A stretch of DNA of 64,000 nt. It comes from Methanotrichaceae archaeon. GTDB taxonomy: Archaea > Halobacteriota > Methanosarcinia > Methanotrichales > Methanotrichaceae. Both the position numbers and the translations under genes were made by a program. The notes beneath the pieces were generated by a model. That model did not search any database and was not told the DNA's origin. It was given only the letters and a program-made list of their open reading frames with translations. Shown here piece by piece: positions 62,116 to 64,000 of this stretch. The number at the start of each line of letters is the position of its first letter. The first letter of the stretch is position 1. Location: the NCBI GenBank assembly GCA_963803145.1, contig CAWDLW010000017.1:64001-128000 (forward strand), given 5' to 3'.

Positions 62116-63294
62116 GTGATCACAGCGCTCGCTATTAAGCGGTCGACTTTATCAATTATCATTTGTCTATTAGCTGTCTGCTATAGCGTTCATGCAGAAG
62201 AGGTCAATTCTTCGATGATATTATTATCGCAATTTGAGGAAAGTAAGCTTTATAGGATTGACGGCCTCCCAATTATTCAGTTGTCAGGAAGCTATAGGGA
62301 GATGGGCAGACAAGAAGGAAGTCTTCTCAAAGATCAGCTTCACGAATTCTACAATGAAAGTGTAGTAAATTATTTCATCAGAGAGAAAAATTTTTCATAT
62401 AAGCGGATGGTCATAAAGTCGACGGACGTATTCGGCCGCTATCCCAAGAGATTTAGGGACATACTCGCAGGCATGGCTGAGACTTCAGGAATGTCTCTTG
62501 AGAACTTGACAATTCTCAGCAGGGTTCCTTTCGTTTCGCCGAGCTGCTCGGCACTCTTCGCATGGGGAAATTATTCGCTGGACGAATCAATGGTAGTTGG
62601 CAGAAATGCTGATTTTTATTCGGTTACCAATGATTTCTTGAACTATACGATCATAGTGGTCTACAATCCAACCGACGGCAGTCACTCTGTAGCAACCGTA
62701 TGCCGTCCAGCTCAGCTTCAGATTCATACCGGAATGAACGATCAAGGTCTTTTCCTTGAAGCCAATGACGGATCATCATCAGGAGGCAGCATCTTTTATC
62801 CTGATAGATCCACCTACATTGGATCTTTCCTCTTTGATTGCTCAAATCTCAGGCAGCTCGATGCAGCTGTATTTTCTTCGAGAATCGATTGGGCCACAAT
62901 CTTGAATGTGGCCGATGAAAATACTTCTGTCTCCTACGAGTGGGCAACATTCGATGTCAAGAGGCGTGGACCGAACAGGGACGGCCTGTTGGCCTCAACC
63001 AACCACTTTATGAATCCCGATTGGGGATTTTCTCTGCCATTGGGCGACCCCAATCACACTGTACTTAGATATAGCAATCTCCTTTCGCTGGGAGAGATGT
63101 ACAAAGGCAGATTTGACCCAAAAACCATGATGAAGGTGCTTGATACGCCCCTGGAGAGCGGCGGAGCCACGGGTCCCTACACCCGCCTTCAGGTTGTGGC
63201 AGTTCCATCGACTAGAGAGATGTGGATAAAGGTTCCAAAATACCGGAATTGGACAAAAGTAGATCTGAAGGAGCTCTTCCGATCCCCAAATTGA
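62116..63294 (+). CDS. Secreted C45-family peptidase/acyltransferase
   Basis: LSGSYREMGRQ, SCS, GRNADF, TGMN, STNHF; paralog of 48789-50012. Confidence 0.85.
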   Translation: MITALAIKRSTLSIIICLLAVCYSVHAEEVNSSMILLSQFEESKLYRIDGLPIIQLSGSYREMGRQEGSLLKDQLHEFYNESVVNYFIREKNFSYKRMVIKSTDVFGRYPKRFRDILAGMAETSGMSLENLTILSRVPFVSPSCSALFAWGNYSLDESMVVGRNADFYSVTNDFLNYTIIVVYNPTDGSHSVATVCRPAQLQIHTGMNDQGLFLEANDGSSSGGSIFYPDRSTYIGSFLFDCSNLRQLDAAVFSSRIDWATILNVADENTSVSYEWATFDVKRRGPNRDGLLASTNHFMNPDWGFSLPLGDPNHTVLRYSNLLSLGEMYKGRFDPKTMMKVLDTPLESGGATGPYTRLQVVAVPSTREMWIKVPKYRNWTKVDLKELFRSPN

Positions 63295-63470
63295 GATGAT
63301 TCTAGATGACATGATCCAGGTCCACTCCGTCCAGTTCTGCGCCCCTGGAATTCTGACCCAGATCCTCAAATCCTTCTGCACCGCCGCCACCTGGTAGCTT
63401 GTGGGAAGATCCACCGTCTGGAGAGGTCCACCCTTAGACAATTGGGGTAACGGCGATTGCATGGATCTCC
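63289..63470 (-). pseudogene. Fragment duplicating the 3' end of the 48789-50012 gene
   Basis: About 150 bp aligns to 48791-48941 (LSKGGPLQT..LPTSYQV...RIPG.QNWTE) with a 1-nt deletion. Confidence 0.85.
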
Positions 63471-63497
63471 TCCATCTCAAGACCCACAAAGCGTAGA

Positions 63498-64000
63498 GGT
63501 TACATCCCAACAACATAACCCCCAAATTACACGCCCTACAAATCTCCCATCCATTTTAAAGCAAGCTCCCTACCAATGGTTATCACCTCCCTTCAGGTTG
63601 GCTTGCACGCTATCGATCCCTGCCACCGTAACCGTGTTATTCGTTACCATAGTCCATAATCAGCTCTCTCATTGGGCAGAGCCACCAATAATTTTGAACT
63701 AACTGATCAATAACATGAACGCCGTTCTCAGTATTGATGATTGGAAACTCGCATCCTGCAAAGATTTTTCTGGAGGCATCATCGAGTATCACTCACACTT
63801 TTAGACCAGTACGATCATCTTCATGCCAATCGATATGTCCTGCGGTCTTACTGTGCTCGGCCCGCGCTCATATCTCACTCACTTTCGACGCTTCTGTTTA
63901 TTGGGGCCCTGGACCGATAGCCCCTGAGACATGAGATACATGTGGATTCTATTATAATCTTGAGCTTATACGTCTTCTTGATAACTACTTCGAGCATTCC
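63498..64000 (-). mobile_element. Degraded IS481-family transposase remnant
   Basis: PNKQKRRK*VRYER, GHIDWHE, V*VILDDASRK, RELIMDYG across stops and frameshifts; GTTACATCCC end-like sequence at about 63499. Confidence 0.7.

Noticed and set aside
62995-63525. 176-aa minus-strand ORF
   Set aside because: Chimera of the duplicated C45 fragment and antisense read-through into the 62116-63294 gene.

Overview
An archaeal chromosomal segment, most likely from a methanogen of the Methanothrix/Methanotrichaceae type (inferred from EF-1alpha/EF-2, chromosomal protein MC1, archaeal riboflavin synthase, geranylgeranyl reductase and nurA-herA-mre11-rad50). 1-8 kb holds metabolic genes plus an NLR-like NB-ARC/TPR gene whose N-terminal domain is shared with the overlapping upstream gene. 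8-25 kb is a DNA-repair/chromatin neighbourhood hit by nested IS701 elements and an IS630. It contains the Rad50/Mre11 operon, a PolB2-accessory cassette lacking the polymerase, an MC1 gene with no canonical start codon flanked by twin hairpin elements, and a stand-alone LigD polymerase. 25-47 kb is housekeeping: tRNA-Arg, fusA-tuf-rpsJ, aspartate kinase-purM, class II RNR, ribC and transporters. 47-64 kb is an accessory island of secreted proteins: three C45/Ntn hydrolases, a secreted double thioredoxin, chagasin, an SBBP propeller, and a tandem family of Cys-scaffolded proteins with constant ends, hypervariable cores, a shared promoter and leader-only relics. The two most promising undescribed systems are the hypervariable Cys-scaffold array and the shared-domain NLR/partner pair. 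All family assignments are from motif recognition, not database searches.
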